NCBI GenBank assembly: GCA_030867685.1
Contig: JAQOWU010000001.1
Location: 62,001-126,000, forward strand
DNA length: 64,000 bases
Origin: Wickerhamiella versatilis
Taxonomy: Eukaryota
Reading direction: 5' to 3'
The position numbers and the translations under genes are program-made. Each line of letters starts with the position of its first letter. Within the stretch, counting starts at the first letter, position 1. Below, piece after piece: positions 1 to 9,993 of this stretch. The notes below the pieces were generated by a model, which searched no databases, was not told the DNA's origin, and was given only the letters and a program-made list of their open reading frames with translations.

Positions 1-721
1 CGAAAGGGAAAATTTTGGATTCTGCGGGCTTTGACAGAGCGTATTGAGCAGAAATTGTCATAACAGGGTCTATCTCGATGGCTGTGACATCAAAACCACG
101 AGAAACGGCATCAGACGCAAGACGACCAAGACCAGCACCAGGTACAAGAAGTTTGCATCGCGGTGGCAGATTCTTCCAGAAAACTTCGTATAGGGCTTCT
201 CTGCAAGTTGAATCGGAGCTCCAATCTCGGACAAAAGCGTTGAGTGTATTTATTCCGACATAGGGGTTCGTTGGTCTCAAGGAGACTCGTCGCAATGCGA
301 ATTCAGTTGATGAAATTCCATATTTATCTCCTGAAAACCGAGTTAATTTTTGAAGGAACTGGGCATTTTCTTCTGTCGCCAGATATTCTACTTCCTTGTA
401 CCTACGATATGTAGGAATAGCTGCTTGCTGTTGCTCCCGAGTTAGATTGAAGAATAATCTTTTCTTACGATTTATTATTGCCTTGAAACCAGAAGTATAG
501 CCGTCAATACTCACGATTGCGTCCAAAACCGTACTATGTACAGGACGAGAATTGAGGTAAGATTTCGGCATCGCCAAACAAGCACAAGAGACAGAGAAAA
601 CGATGCTGGCTAGTGAAATACCAAAATTTCCAGTATAAATGGAGATGCCTACACAAATAACACAAACAAGCGTAACTGTTATCACCTTCCGATCATTCGG
701 ATCGGTTATTAATGCATACAT
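1..721 (-). CDS. N2227/carnosine N-methyltransferase-family SAM-dependent methyltransferase with hydrophobic N-terminus (YMR209C-like); 3' end lies outside the window
   Basis: Hand-translated open minus-strand frame from ATG at 721 (in-frame TGA at 736-734 upstream) to the window edge: MYALITDPNDRKVITVTLVCVICVGISIY...NAFVRDWSSD...LLVPGAGLGRLA...GFDVTAIE. RDWS and LVPGAGLGRLA are N2227-family motifs. Not in the ORF track because no stop lies in the window. Confidence 0.85.
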   Translation of the reverse strand, partial: MYALITDPNDRKVITVTLVCVICVGISIYTGNFGISLASIVFSVSCACLAMPKSYLNSRPVHSTVLDAIVSIDGYTSGFKAIINRKKRLFFNLTREQQQAAIPTYRRYKEVEYLATEENAQFLQKLTRFSGDKYGISSTEFALRRVSLRPTNPYVGINTLNAFVRDWSSDSTCREALYEVFWKNLPPRCKLLVPGAGLGRLASDAVSRGFDVTAIEIDPVMTISAQYALSKPAESKIFPF

Positions 722-1870
722 AATTTGCTCCACTCAAATTTCTAGTTTCCTATATATGTCTTCTTTGTCACCAGGACTACATTATTAAGTTCTTCATCCA
801 TGTGTCTCTTATTCTTGTTCCATTTCATTACTCATGACTATCTACAACCTTGATACGTACTATTGGACGAATAGGTTACAGTAGGGATAGTTTCACAATG
901 GTGCTCAAAATCCTTTAAACGTCTAAATCATCAACCATATAGTTAGAATCATCGGTATTCAGCAATTAATTGAAATTTACTCTGGCTATCACACCGCTTT
1001 AACATCAGTATATGACTGTTATACACAGTCCACTATGCCTGTTGGTGCCTGTTCATATACGCCTGTATTCGTTCTTTGCCTGTGTGCAGCCATGTTGGTG
1101 CCTGTGACATTCCAACACCGGCTGCGTTACTGTAACAGGCGTCCCGAGTCATTATGTAAATCATTATATTGTATTGTCCAATGATATTATTGTGTGATTG
1201 TGTCCAATGGTAATTGTTATATGTGTGATGTAATCCATGTTTGATTGTGATTTATATTTTGATTGTAGCAAATATTAGAAAGTAAATACATTTTAATTTT
1301 ATATTGCAATAAAATCGCTTATAATTGGTTATTTTGATGGGTTAATCGATTTTTAATTGGCTGATATTGCTATTTTCTAATTGGTCCAAATATGTTGCTA
1401 TATTTTAACCGCGTATGGTTGAATACTCGCATATTTGTACATTTTGTTGGTAACCTACCGAGTATCTCTCGAGAAGTGGTTGTCTGTATATTTTTCGCAT
1501 GTAATAGTTCCGTAGAAGTCAATTTTAAGTATATATTAGAATTTTGTTGTTAGAATTTTGTTGAAATGATGCCCTGTTCTGTTCTGTCTCAATATTTAAC
1601 TACTACCAGTGTTACTAGAATCGTTAACCTATGTATCATCTGTATCTTGCTTGTCTAGCTGTCGGTCTGGTAGATATCAGGTATGTCAGTGATAGAAAAT
1701 TATGATGCCTAAATTAGCGGTATAACTTTATAATTTTTGTCTGGGTAATATATTATTTATAGAACAAAAAGGAAGAGAATGAATCATGAATCATAACGAT
1801 TCAATGCGATATAATAAGAGAAGATAATAAGAGAAGACGACAAGGTAACTCGGAGAAATGGTCCCCTGCA
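722..1870. other. AT-rich intergenic segment with short direct repeats
   Basis: 27 G+C in 120 nt at 1261-1380. Repeats: TGTTGGTGCCTGT at 1040-1052 and 1093-1105; TTAGAATTTTGTTG x2 at 1536-1563; ATAATAAGAGAAG x2 at 1811-1836. Confidence 0.8.
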
Positions 1871-1927
1871 TCAGTGGTCAACCCGCACGCAGACAGCACA
1901 AGAAGCTGCCACCGATTACTAAACATC

Positions 1928-2527
1928 ATGCCTGTGTATGTCTATAGTACTGGGGAACTACGAGAACTGAGCCACTCAGAACTTGTTGCACCACCATCAT
2001 TCAAATGGAACGACATCAAGAAGGCGGACGAGATAGCCGAACCATTCTACGGAGCCGGTAGTGGTCAACGTGCTCGCCGTCGGTCATCTCACAACCAGCA
2101 GAGGCCTCCTCGTCCACCCGTGATGCCCAAAGCACAAATTCCACTAGCTCAACGCCGCGAGCTATTCGGGGATAATAAAAACATCGCCACAGCGGGCGAC
2201 GAGAACGGGGACGATGATGATACTCCGCCCGATGACGAACTGGCAGCGAAGTATCTTCTTCCTCAGAAACACGCAAAGACACTCGAGCAGCAAAAGGATG
2301 CTGATGGACACTATGATGCTGATGGGAATCCTGTAGTACCGTTGAAGTATGCAGCTGCACTTGCGGCATCGATGCATACAGAATCGGGCACAGGTGGAGG
2401 CTCGGCTGTTGCTGATGAAGACGATGGAGACTGGATTAGTGTAACACACCAACCGAAGAACCGCAAAAAAAGTTTTGGAAGCAGGAACAGAGGATCATTT
2501 TCGCGCTGGCGCAAAACCGAGATTTAG
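1928..2527 (+). CDS. CAF20: Caf20/p20-like eIF4E-binding protein (putative)
   Basis: First ATG at 1928. N-terminal YSTGELREL resembles the 4E-binding motif; RRRSSH, DNKNI and DGDW resemble short Caf20 motifs; disordered, acidic composition. Confidence 0.55.
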   Translation: MPVYVYSTGELRELSHSELVAPPSFKWNDIKKADEIAEPFYGAGSGQRARRRSSHNQQRPPRPPVMPKAQIPLAQRRELFGDNKNIATAGDENGDDDDTPPDDELAAKYLLPQKHAKTLEQQKDADGHYDADGNPVVPLKYAAALAASMHTESGTGGGSAVADEDDGDWISVTHQPKNRKKSFGSRNRGSFSRWRKTEI

Positions 2528-2681
2528 TCTATATTCATAGGACCTAGTAGCAATTAGCGATCTCCAAATTTGGTCGAAAGAGAAACGACTTACTTTGTTC
2601 TAGTCATATACTTGTATCATCTGTTTTTTTGATTGACATAAATACGTTTAAGACCGATATGGTATCGAGTCGAAATTTGTC

Positions 2682-3680
2682 ATGTGGCGAATTGATTGGC
2701 CGTGTAGGATAGGCACTAGCCGTTGGATGACCCGCTGGGCATCTACTTCGCCACAATCGACAAAAGTACGCAATATTCTACGCAGACAAGTGCTACAGAC
2801 GCCTTCCAACGTATTGCCCTGTATCGCCGCCTCTCGCTGTGATCAATATAACCTTGCCAAAGTAGTATCATCAGTGACAGGCGAAGGTATATTCGCTCGT
2901 CTATTAGAGGGAAATGAATTTGCGCATTTCAAATACACGAATAATAGCGATATACTGGTTCTGGCTAACGGGTCGTTAGTGGCTTGGGGTGTCGACGAAG
3001 CTGAAGTTCTCCAGAAAGTATTGCCCCTCTTGAAGAGTGCAGAGATATCACCGAGCAACCAACCACCAGAAACTGAAGACATGGACTTTGTAGAGGAAGA
3101 AACACCAGCCAACGTGCGTAGTGGCATGATCGGCGATGTAATATATGTACACGGCCCATCTATTGAAAGTCGGACAATGGACAAACTGGCATTCAGCAGC
3201 GGATTGGCGCGACACACAAAGTTGTCTAGCATAGAGCTAGAAGCAGAACAGCTTATACAACAAGTTCGAGTGATCAGTTCTCAAATGGCCGCAGGCAAAG
3301 AAACAAGCATGAGGCAGAAAGATGTCGGAAAAATTACGGGAAGACTCTTGCAATTGAGAGGTGCGCTCAACCTGTACTCCCAAATAAGGGAGACTCCAGA
3401 TCTTTACTGGTCAGCACCGGAACAAGAGACACTATTTGAGCTTATCAGCCGGAAATTGGACATAGAACCTCGTGTTGAGATACTGAACAAGAAGTTAGAC
3501 TATGTTGCAGAAATGGTAGGTATTTTGCGAGGGCACCTATCAGAGAAGAATTCAGTGCGTTTAGAGTGGATGATAATCGTTCTCATAATGATTGAAGTCG
3601 GTATCGAGATACGAAGACTAATTTTCGAGGATGCCCTAGAAACAGCAACATTGGAAACAGATAACAAAACTGCAGCATAG
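2682..3680 (+). CDS. MRX10: RMD1/sif2 (DUF155) family protein, probably mitochondrial (Mrx10/RMND1-like)
   Basis: Arg-rich presequence-like N-terminus; GSLVAWG, ETPDLYW, LDIEPRVEILNKKLDY; C-terminal TM LEWMIIVLIMIEV. Confidence 0.8.
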   Translation: MWRIDWPCRIGTSRWMTRWASTSPQSTKVRNILRRQVLQTPSNVLPCIAASRCDQYNLAKVVSSVTGEGIFARLLEGNEFAHFKYTNNSDILVLANGSLVAWGVDEAEVLQKVLPLLKSAEISPSNQPPETEDMDFVEEETPANVRSGMIGDVIYVHGPSIESRTMDKLAFSSGLARHTKLSSIELEAEQLIQQVRVISSQMAAGKETSMRQKDVGKITGRLLQLRGALNLYSQIRETPDLYWSAPEQETLFELISRKLDIEPRVEILNKKLDYVAEMVGILRGHLSEKNSVRLEWMIIVLIMIEVGIEIRRLIFEDALETATLETDNKTAA

Positions 3681-3825
3681 CATAGAGTAGACAAGGAAGT
3701 CAAGACAATCACCTTCATAGAGAAGCCCAAGTTGTTTTAATCAAATTTACTACGAATACATATACTTTTTTACTTTTCCACATTATGCGACGATAACTAT
3801 AACTCTTTAATCTCTCATTGTAAAA

Positions 3826-6042
3826 CTATAGGGTCAATTTTCCACGTCCACCAGAATCGTCTATGTGCAAATGTCCTACTACTTCCACCAAATTTTTAGC
3901 ACCGTCAGGTTTATTCGGGCCCTTGGGGTGGCGCATGTCGGAGCGTTGCCGCTTAACCAAGTCAGCAACCGAAGGGGTACGACTACGTTCGACACTGAAG
4001 ATAGACTTTATAGACATTTTGCGAGAACTTACGGTGTCCCCTGATATCGAACGTTTGCGCTGCCTCGGCAAAGTTGATTCATCTACAGCGGATAGAGGTG
4101 ATGGTAAAACCTCATCCTCGGATTCCATAGCAGGGATGGTATTCCCTGAAGGAGACTGAGACTCTGAACGAGACCAAGAAAGTTCAATGGCGCATTGAGG
4201 TTCCACTGAACCAAACTCTGGAGACTCTTGGGAGGTATTAGCGATAGCAATACCTATATCAGTATGAGGCGGATATTGAATACCCGGCAACCAACGCCTC
4301 TGGGATACTCGGCGGGTGATTACACTCAGAGCCTCTCTATGAAGATGGGTCTTACCAGTTGACTTTGATATGGCAAGAATTGTAGCCTGAACTAAACTTA
4401 TAAGTTCGGTTCCCATCGCACTAGATTTATCGCCTGACATCTCTTTTTCGAGTCCAGTGTGCTGTGAGCTTGCTAATAAGCTGAGCATGTTACCTGAAGC
4501 ATCACCCAACAAATTTACCAGGGCCAACAGACAATAGAATATCGCAACATAATTAGCGGGTCCAATATCATCCCTCTCTGCAGTGCTAATCATATCACGG
4601 AGCCCCTTTGGCCACAACTCCCGGTGCGACTTTGTAGCAAATTCCACAAAAGCAACCACATAAAAAGTCAAAATCTGTGTAGATTCGTGAGAAAGAAGCC
4701 AGTAGGTATTGTCCCATACGTCAAAGGTTAGTTTATGGGTACCTCCTTTGACAGCATTCAAAATCTCAAGTATATTTTGCAAGTCACTCACAATGACACC
4801 TGGATGATGAGTTTTCATATTCTTAGGGGCCTGATAACCGGACAGAATAACTCCAATCATATCACCAAGTTGACCTGGAAAAACATTTAAGGCAGCTAGA
4901 CTGCCAATATTATTTCTCAAAGATCCCAACAATTCACGGACCTGTGGCTGAACATCTGTTTTCCAGGAGTGTGTTATTAGACGGTGTTGAGTGTCCAAGA
5001 GCAAGCGAAGAACGTCGAATACAGGAAGTCCACGTTCGGAGGCGTCAGATTGGAACATTGACTCAAGTAAGAAAGATATTTCTTTTTGATGATCAATATC
5101 TTCAACCTCAAGATTCTGAAAGCCACTAACAAGCGTTTTGACAATCACAAACCTTAGCTGAATTTCACACCAGCTTGCTACCGATTCCACGAGCGCTGAA
5201 CGCCATGAAATTGTTCTCTGTGAGCCTGTACTCGATTGTATACATCTAAGTACAGTCGCACATGCACGACTAACTTGTTCGCTGGATGGCGTATCAAATG
5301 CAGATCGCAATCCCCTAAGAGCGCGAAATCCTAAACCCTCATCCTCACGGTCCTGTCCTGGTAATCTTGTCTGAGTTCTCGCTAGCCGATATTGGTCACT
5401 TAGCTGCTGATTGAATCTATCAAATACATCACCATCGTCGTCAGCGGGAATATTTTCAAAAAGGGCTGGAAGAACTTGATCAAGTGCTTTTCTTCCTACC
5501 GACGTGGCCAAGATTGTGCTTCTTGTGACAGAATTCACAGCATTGACAGCCGCCAGTCTAACTTCTGTATTGACGACGCCACGTACTGGAAGACATAGTC
5601 TAACGAATTGCGAAATGACGTCCATGTAGAGAGTCGCGAGATCTTCATCACTATTGAACCCGATGGAGTTAAAGTTCTCATTGAAAGAGATTAATATACC
5701 GGCTGCCGCATCTACAAGGCTGTGATCACCTGTACTCAACCCAGCAGATACACATGCTAGGGCATCGCTAGCAAAAAGAGCTAAATGCCGGTTGCAACGA
5801 ACAACTAGAGCCTGCATTATGAGCAGTGTCACACTAGTATGTCCAATCTTTCCTCTTCTGGGATATGAGTGTGCTTTTTCATTGAGTATAGTGGACGCTC
5901 GGACTATTTTATGGGGATGGGAATCCAGTCTGAACATGAGCATAGAAAGCTCACTAGGCAGTGGCTTCATATGATCAACAGCTCTACCAGTCGGGTAGCA
6001 GCTTTTGATCGCCTTCTTGATGTCACCCCTCATTGCATCCAT
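3826..6042 (-). CDS. EFR3: Efr3, plasma-membrane PI4-kinase scaffold
   Basis: N-terminal IKSCYP...KPLPSELSMLMF...HKIVRA pattern, helical-repeat body, basic RTPSVADL tail. First ATG at 6042 (alternative 6033); the track start is non-ATG. Confidence 0.8.
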   Translation of the reverse strand: MDAMRGDIKKAIKSCYPTGRAVDHMKPLPSELSMLMFRLDSHPHKIVRASTILNEKAHSYPRRGKIGHTSVTLLIMQALVVRCNRHLALFASDALACVSAGLSTGDHSLVDAAAGILISFNENFNSIGFNSDEDLATLYMDVISQFVRLCLPVRGVVNTEVRLAAVNAVNSVTRSTILATSVGRKALDQVLPALFENIPADDDGDVFDRFNQQLSDQYRLARTQTRLPGQDREDEGLGFRALRGLRSAFDTPSSEQVSRACATVLRCIQSSTGSQRTISWRSALVESVASWCEIQLRFVIVKTLVSGFQNLEVEDIDHQKEISFLLESMFQSDASERGLPVFDVLRLLLDTQHRLITHSWKTDVQPQVRELLGSLRNNIGSLAALNVFPGQLGDMIGVILSGYQAPKNMKTHHPGVIVSDLQNILEILNAVKGGTHKLTFDVWDNTYWLLSHESTQILTFYVVAFVEFATKSHRELWPKGLRDMISTAERDDIGPANYVAIFYCLLALVNLLGDASGNMLSLLASSQHTGLEKEMSGDKSSAMGTELISLVQATILAISKSTGKTHLHREALSVITRRVSQRRWLPGIQYPPHTDIGIAIANTSQESPEFGSVEPQCAIELSWSRSESQSPSGNTIPAMESEDEVLPSPLSAVDESTLPRQRKRSISGDTVSSRKMSIKSIFSVERSRTPSVADLVKRQRSDMRHPKGPNKPDGAKNLVEVVGHLHIDDSGGRGKLTL

Positions 6043-6136
6043 GCGATGTAGGGGGCACCGGCAAAGCCAAATTTGCTGAGTAAAAAGGGCGATGGATGGG
6101 AGCCTTTCCAAAAATTACCGACAAGCTTTTGTCCGA

Positions 6137-6217
6137 CTAAATTCACTTAGGTTAGAGCGTTATGAAATAATCGCGATCCATTGAAAACACGTTAGGGTAT
6201 TGTTCTGTTAGACTTAC
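6137..6217 (-). other. Candidate 5'UTR intron of EFR3
   Basis: Minus strand: GTAAGT at 6217-6212, CTAAC at 6155-6151, acceptor AAG ending 6146 or TAG ending 6137. Confidence 0.35.
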
Positions 6218-6591
6218 CGAGCTTGGAATGTGCAGTACTTGAAGGGGTAGGGTAGTTGGACCGCGCCTCGAATCGTATTTCTACCAGACCAAAAACTCTA
6301 AAATATATGTGTATAATTATTTTCTCCCCCTTTATTTGATCTTTTTGATTGCTATGATGATTCTAAAAAGGAAAGATAAAAAGGTGACAACACGCGATCT
6401 AATAAAAAGCATAAATGGCTAGCTGGAACGCGTCTTATTAGCTTTAGTTTATGGTACTTTCTTACACACTACCATTAATGACGCAAAGACCACTCAGGTT
6501 CTAAATGCCGGATGGTCAACTAGATCGTAATATAATTAGTCACACGATAACACCTTTGATCCCCTTAGGTAGTCCGCATCGCAGGAGGACA

Positions 6592-8850
6592 ATGAAATTC
6601 AGCAGTTCGCTGCAATTCAATGCGGTACCTGAATGGAGGTCACATTATATCGACTATGAGGGGCTGAAGAAACTGATATATCAGCTCGAGCGTGATGCTT
6701 TGCCTCATCAGGGTGGTGATGAGGAAGAGGCGACAGGACTTGTAACCCGAGATGCCGAGGCAGTATTCAGAGAGGTTGTTAATAGGGAAGTCTACAAGGT
6801 TAACAGCTTTTTTTCAAAAAAGGAAGCCGAGGCACACGACGAGAATGATAGCTTACGCATGGAAGTCCACGATTTTGAATCAGAAGACCTGGCAATTCAA
6901 GATCAATCATTTAGAGACAGTCAAGATGGCGGATTCTCCAGTGATGAAGATGAGCCCCCCTCGGCTCAGCCAACACAGCGGCGCCGGCGGCTATCTTTGC
7001 GGCGACTGGATATTAACAATCAAGAACATGATTTCCGGCGTATGACCCTTCGCAAGCGGATCGTTCGGCACTATGTAACATTAGTTGAACTACTGAATTT
7101 CGCGGACCTGAATCGTACTGGTCTGAGAAAAGCTTTGAAGAAGTTCGATAAGGTCATGGGTGCATCTTTACTTCCCGTGTACACTTCAGAAATTTTGGAA
7201 AAAGTACATGCGTTTAGCATACGAACACATGAACGCTTGAATTCACGTATTGAGTGGCTTGTTGGTACATATGCAAAATTATGTTTCGAGGGTGACTTTG
7301 ACAAGGCACAGGAAACTTTGAAGGGGTATTTACGTGAACACGTGATTTATGAGCGTAACACAGTTTGGCGTGACCTCATTGCCCTTGAGCATAGGAATCA
7401 AGGCGTTAATGCTGAAGTAGAGAGGTCTCCTTCGTCGCAAATAAGTGCTTTGAAGACGAAAATACTCTGGCTCTCAATTGCATTTGGCTCGTTCGCTCTT
7501 CTATTACTTATCCCAACTTTCAAGTCATTAGCCCAGTCAAGATGCTTTGCGGTGGTTGTTTTGGCAAGTATCTTATGGGCAACTGAAGCTCTTCCCTTGT
7601 TTGTTACGGGACTGTTGGTCCCATTCCTCGTAATTATACTGCAAATTCCCATGAATGCTGATGGCGAGCAGCTGAGTGCTCCAGACGCGGCAACTTTTGT
7701 GTTTTCTCAAATGTGGTCGCCAGTGATTACCATACTTGTGGGTGGATTTACACTGGCAGCAGCGCTATCTAAATACGGCTTGGCGAAAGAGCTTGCAACA
7801 GCAGTACTCTCACGAGTCGGCCATACTCCTGGAAGCATCGCGCTAGCTCTAATGCTGGTGGCTGCTTTCATGTGTATGTGGATCTCAAATGTGGCAGCAC
7901 CTGTTTTGGTGTATTCAGTTGCGACTCCGGTATTGCGCACTGTGCCCACAGGTGATCCATTCGGCAAAGCGCTGGTACTGGGTGTTGCGCTTGCATCAGA
8001 TATTGGTGGAATTCTGTCTCCAATTTCTTCCCCACAAAACATAATCGCGTTGCAAAACATGGAGCCTGAGGCATCTTGGTTACAATGGTTTACCGTTGCT
8101 CTGCCGGTAGGGTTCTGCTCCATTCTCGGTATTTGGATGATGCTTATGGCCACATTTCCCCCGTCAGCTCAAGCAAAGTCCATGGCTAAGATTCGGCATC
8201 ATCATGACCCGTTTAACCGGATGCAGTGGTTTGTGGTAATCACGACTCTTGTCACCATAATTTTGTGGTGTCTTAATGCAAATCTCACTCCTTATACTGG
8301 TGGAATGGGGGTGCTTGCTCTAGTTCCTGTTGTTCTATTGTTTGGATGTGGTGCCCTAACGCAAGCAGATTTTAATAATTTCCTTTGGACAATTGTTGCA
8401 CTTGCGATGGGCGGGGTGGTTCTTGGGAAGGCTGTGGAATCCTGTGGATTGCTGGCATCAGCAGCGACTGCGGTTCAAGCCCAAATTCAGGACCTTAGCC
8501 TTTTCGCAGTGGTATGCCTTGTGGGATTTCTCATCCTCGTTGTAGCATCTTTTGTATCCCATACAGTCGCAGCTCTAATAGTTATTCCGCTCGTGCGATC
8601 AATTGGGGAGCAGCTGGATGATGGACACCCTAGATTGCTAGTAATGCTGTCCGCCATGATATGTTCGGCGGCGATGGCCCTACCAACGTCTGGACTTCCT
8701 AATGTCACAGCGGTATGCATGGTTGATGAATTTGGTAGCCCCTATTTGACTGCAGTCGATTTCATTACCCGGGGAGTGCCGGCGTCTCTTCTCAGCTTTG
8801 CTATCATCGTCGTTTTGGGCTTTGTGTTGTGTGTCTTTGTTGGCTTTTAA
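6592..8850 (+). CDS. PHO91: SPX-domain low-affinity phosphate transporter (Pho91/Pho87 family)
   Basis: MKFSSSLQFNAVPEW...YEGLKKLIY SPX start at ATG 6592; LNRTGLRKALKKFDK; SLC13-type membrane domain with SPISSPQN and PTSGLPN. Confidence 0.9.
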   Translation: MKFSSSLQFNAVPEWRSHYIDYEGLKKLIYQLERDALPHQGGDEEEATGLVTRDAEAVFREVVNREVYKVNSFFSKKEAEAHDENDSLRMEVHDFESEDLAIQDQSFRDSQDGGFSSDEDEPPSAQPTQRRRRLSLRRLDINNQEHDFRRMTLRKRIVRHYVTLVELLNFADLNRTGLRKALKKFDKVMGASLLPVYTSEILEKVHAFSIRTHERLNSRIEWLVGTYAKLCFEGDFDKAQETLKGYLREHVIYERNTVWRDLIALEHRNQGVNAEVERSPSSQISALKTKILWLSIAFGSFALLLLIPTFKSLAQSRCFAVVVLASILWATEALPLFVTGLLVPFLVIILQIPMNADGEQLSAPDAATFVFSQMWSPVITILVGGFTLAAALSKYGLAKELATAVLSRVGHTPGSIALALMLVAAFMCMWISNVAAPVLVYSVATPVLRTVPTGDPFGKALVLGVALASDIGGILSPISSPQNIIALQNMEPEASWLQWFTVALPVGFCSILGIWMMLMATFPPSAQAKSMAKIRHHHDPFNRMQWFVVITTLVTIILWCLNANLTPYTGGMGVLALVPVVLLFGCGALTQADFNNFLWTIVALAMGGVVLGKAVESCGLLASAATAVQAQIQDLSLFAVVCLVGFLILVVASFVSHTVAALIVIPLVRSIGEQLDDGHPRLLVMLSAMICSAAMALPTSGLPNVTAVCMVDEFGSPYLTAVDFITRGVPASLLSFAIIVVLGFVLCVFVGF

Positions 8851-8999
8851 CCTGCTTATTTTCTGAATAACCTGCTAGTTTTTATTTAGATCAAAACTAA
8901 GCGCTAGGCCAAGTAATTGTAAAATATTGCAGTGATTCGGTTTTCTTAATGCGGCTACAACTGCTAAGCTGCTATAGTATTACAGACAGATTGGCAGGT

Positions 9000-9443
9000 C
9001 TAGATATCATCGATGTTAAGTTCCTCGTCCTCATCCTCATCATCATCGTTGTCGAACTCGAAGTTGCATTCATCATCGGAGCCAAACTTGTCACCTTCAG
9101 CGATGTTGGTGTTCTCCGGCAACTCACCCTGTGCCTTTAGCGCCCGGGCTTCATCAGGATGATACTTAAGGATTACATCGGCCTGCTCAGGCTGGAACTC
9201 ACGGATGGACAGGAGAACTATATCTTGCTGCGAAATCCAAACCTTCTTGCGCATCTTACCACGAATGTGGGCGTGCCTTTGTTGGCCATCGAAACATTGG
9301 CACTCGACCCGTCCCGAACCAAGCATCTTCGTAACTTGAGCATACTCCTGCCCTTCATCACGAAGCTGAAGCTCTCTCTTGAAGCCGGTGTCGTTCTTTC
9401 CGCGGCGGCGATTCTTACCTCCCTTTCCTTTAGCCTTGGGCAT
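9000..9443 (-). CDS. TIF11: Translation initiation factor eIF1A
   Basis: [41 protein letters not shown], acidic tail ending IDDI. Confidence 0.97.
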   Translation of the reverse strand: MPKAKGKGGKNRRRGKNDTGFKRELQLRDEGQEYAQVTKMLGSGRVECQCFDGQQRHAHIRGKMRKKVWISQQDIVLLSIREFQPEQADVILKYHPDEARALKAQGELPENTNIAEGDKFGSDDECNFEFDNDDDEDEDEELNIDDI

Positions 9444-9993
9444 GGTAAGACCTAGACTGAAAAAAGATTACTAACATTGAGTGGCACCTTGATATGTAAA
9501 TTGAATTTCCAGGATAGTCAGACAACGCTGGAACAGCGGCATACATAGACATTTATAGCTCCATTCTCCCAATAATAAGTTCAAATTCATAGGTAGGATG
9601 TCAGAAAAGGGGATCTGCCCCGGGAAGGAGTCAAGTGTCCTGACCGGATATTAGTTACTTAAAAAAGGTGAAGACTAGAGCTTAAATGGTCACAATTCAT
9701 ATTGATTTTAGACTTCAGCAAAATTTGGAGTTTGCAAGTTCAGAAAAAGCGTATAATTATATAACTAGTCGTATTTAACAACGAATATATGCCTCCGCCT
9801 TATCGTGGAGAAATAACGTAATGATTACATGATCACCACATTAGTAACACATGGCCACACTCTGCCATGTGCTCGTTCTGCCCAATTGTTAACTTTGGGA
9901 GGAAAAGAGCGTCGTAATTTTACTTCTTAACAACACTTGTGATCCGAGCGGCCTATACACAAGACTTCTCGACCGTTGGGGCCCGAATACGAA

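Noticed and set aside
78-263. 61-aa plus-strand ORF and the many short ORFs nested in larger genes
   Set aside because: Antisense or frame-shifted shadows of well-supported CDSs.
6505-6591. In-frame upstream ATG extending PHO91 by 29 aa
   Set aside because: SPX domains normally begin at the MKF Met; the extension shows no family features.
9445-9481. GTAAGA...TACTAAC...GAG on the + strand next to the TIF11 start
   Set aside because: Only 37 nt and antisense to TIF11, with no host gene.
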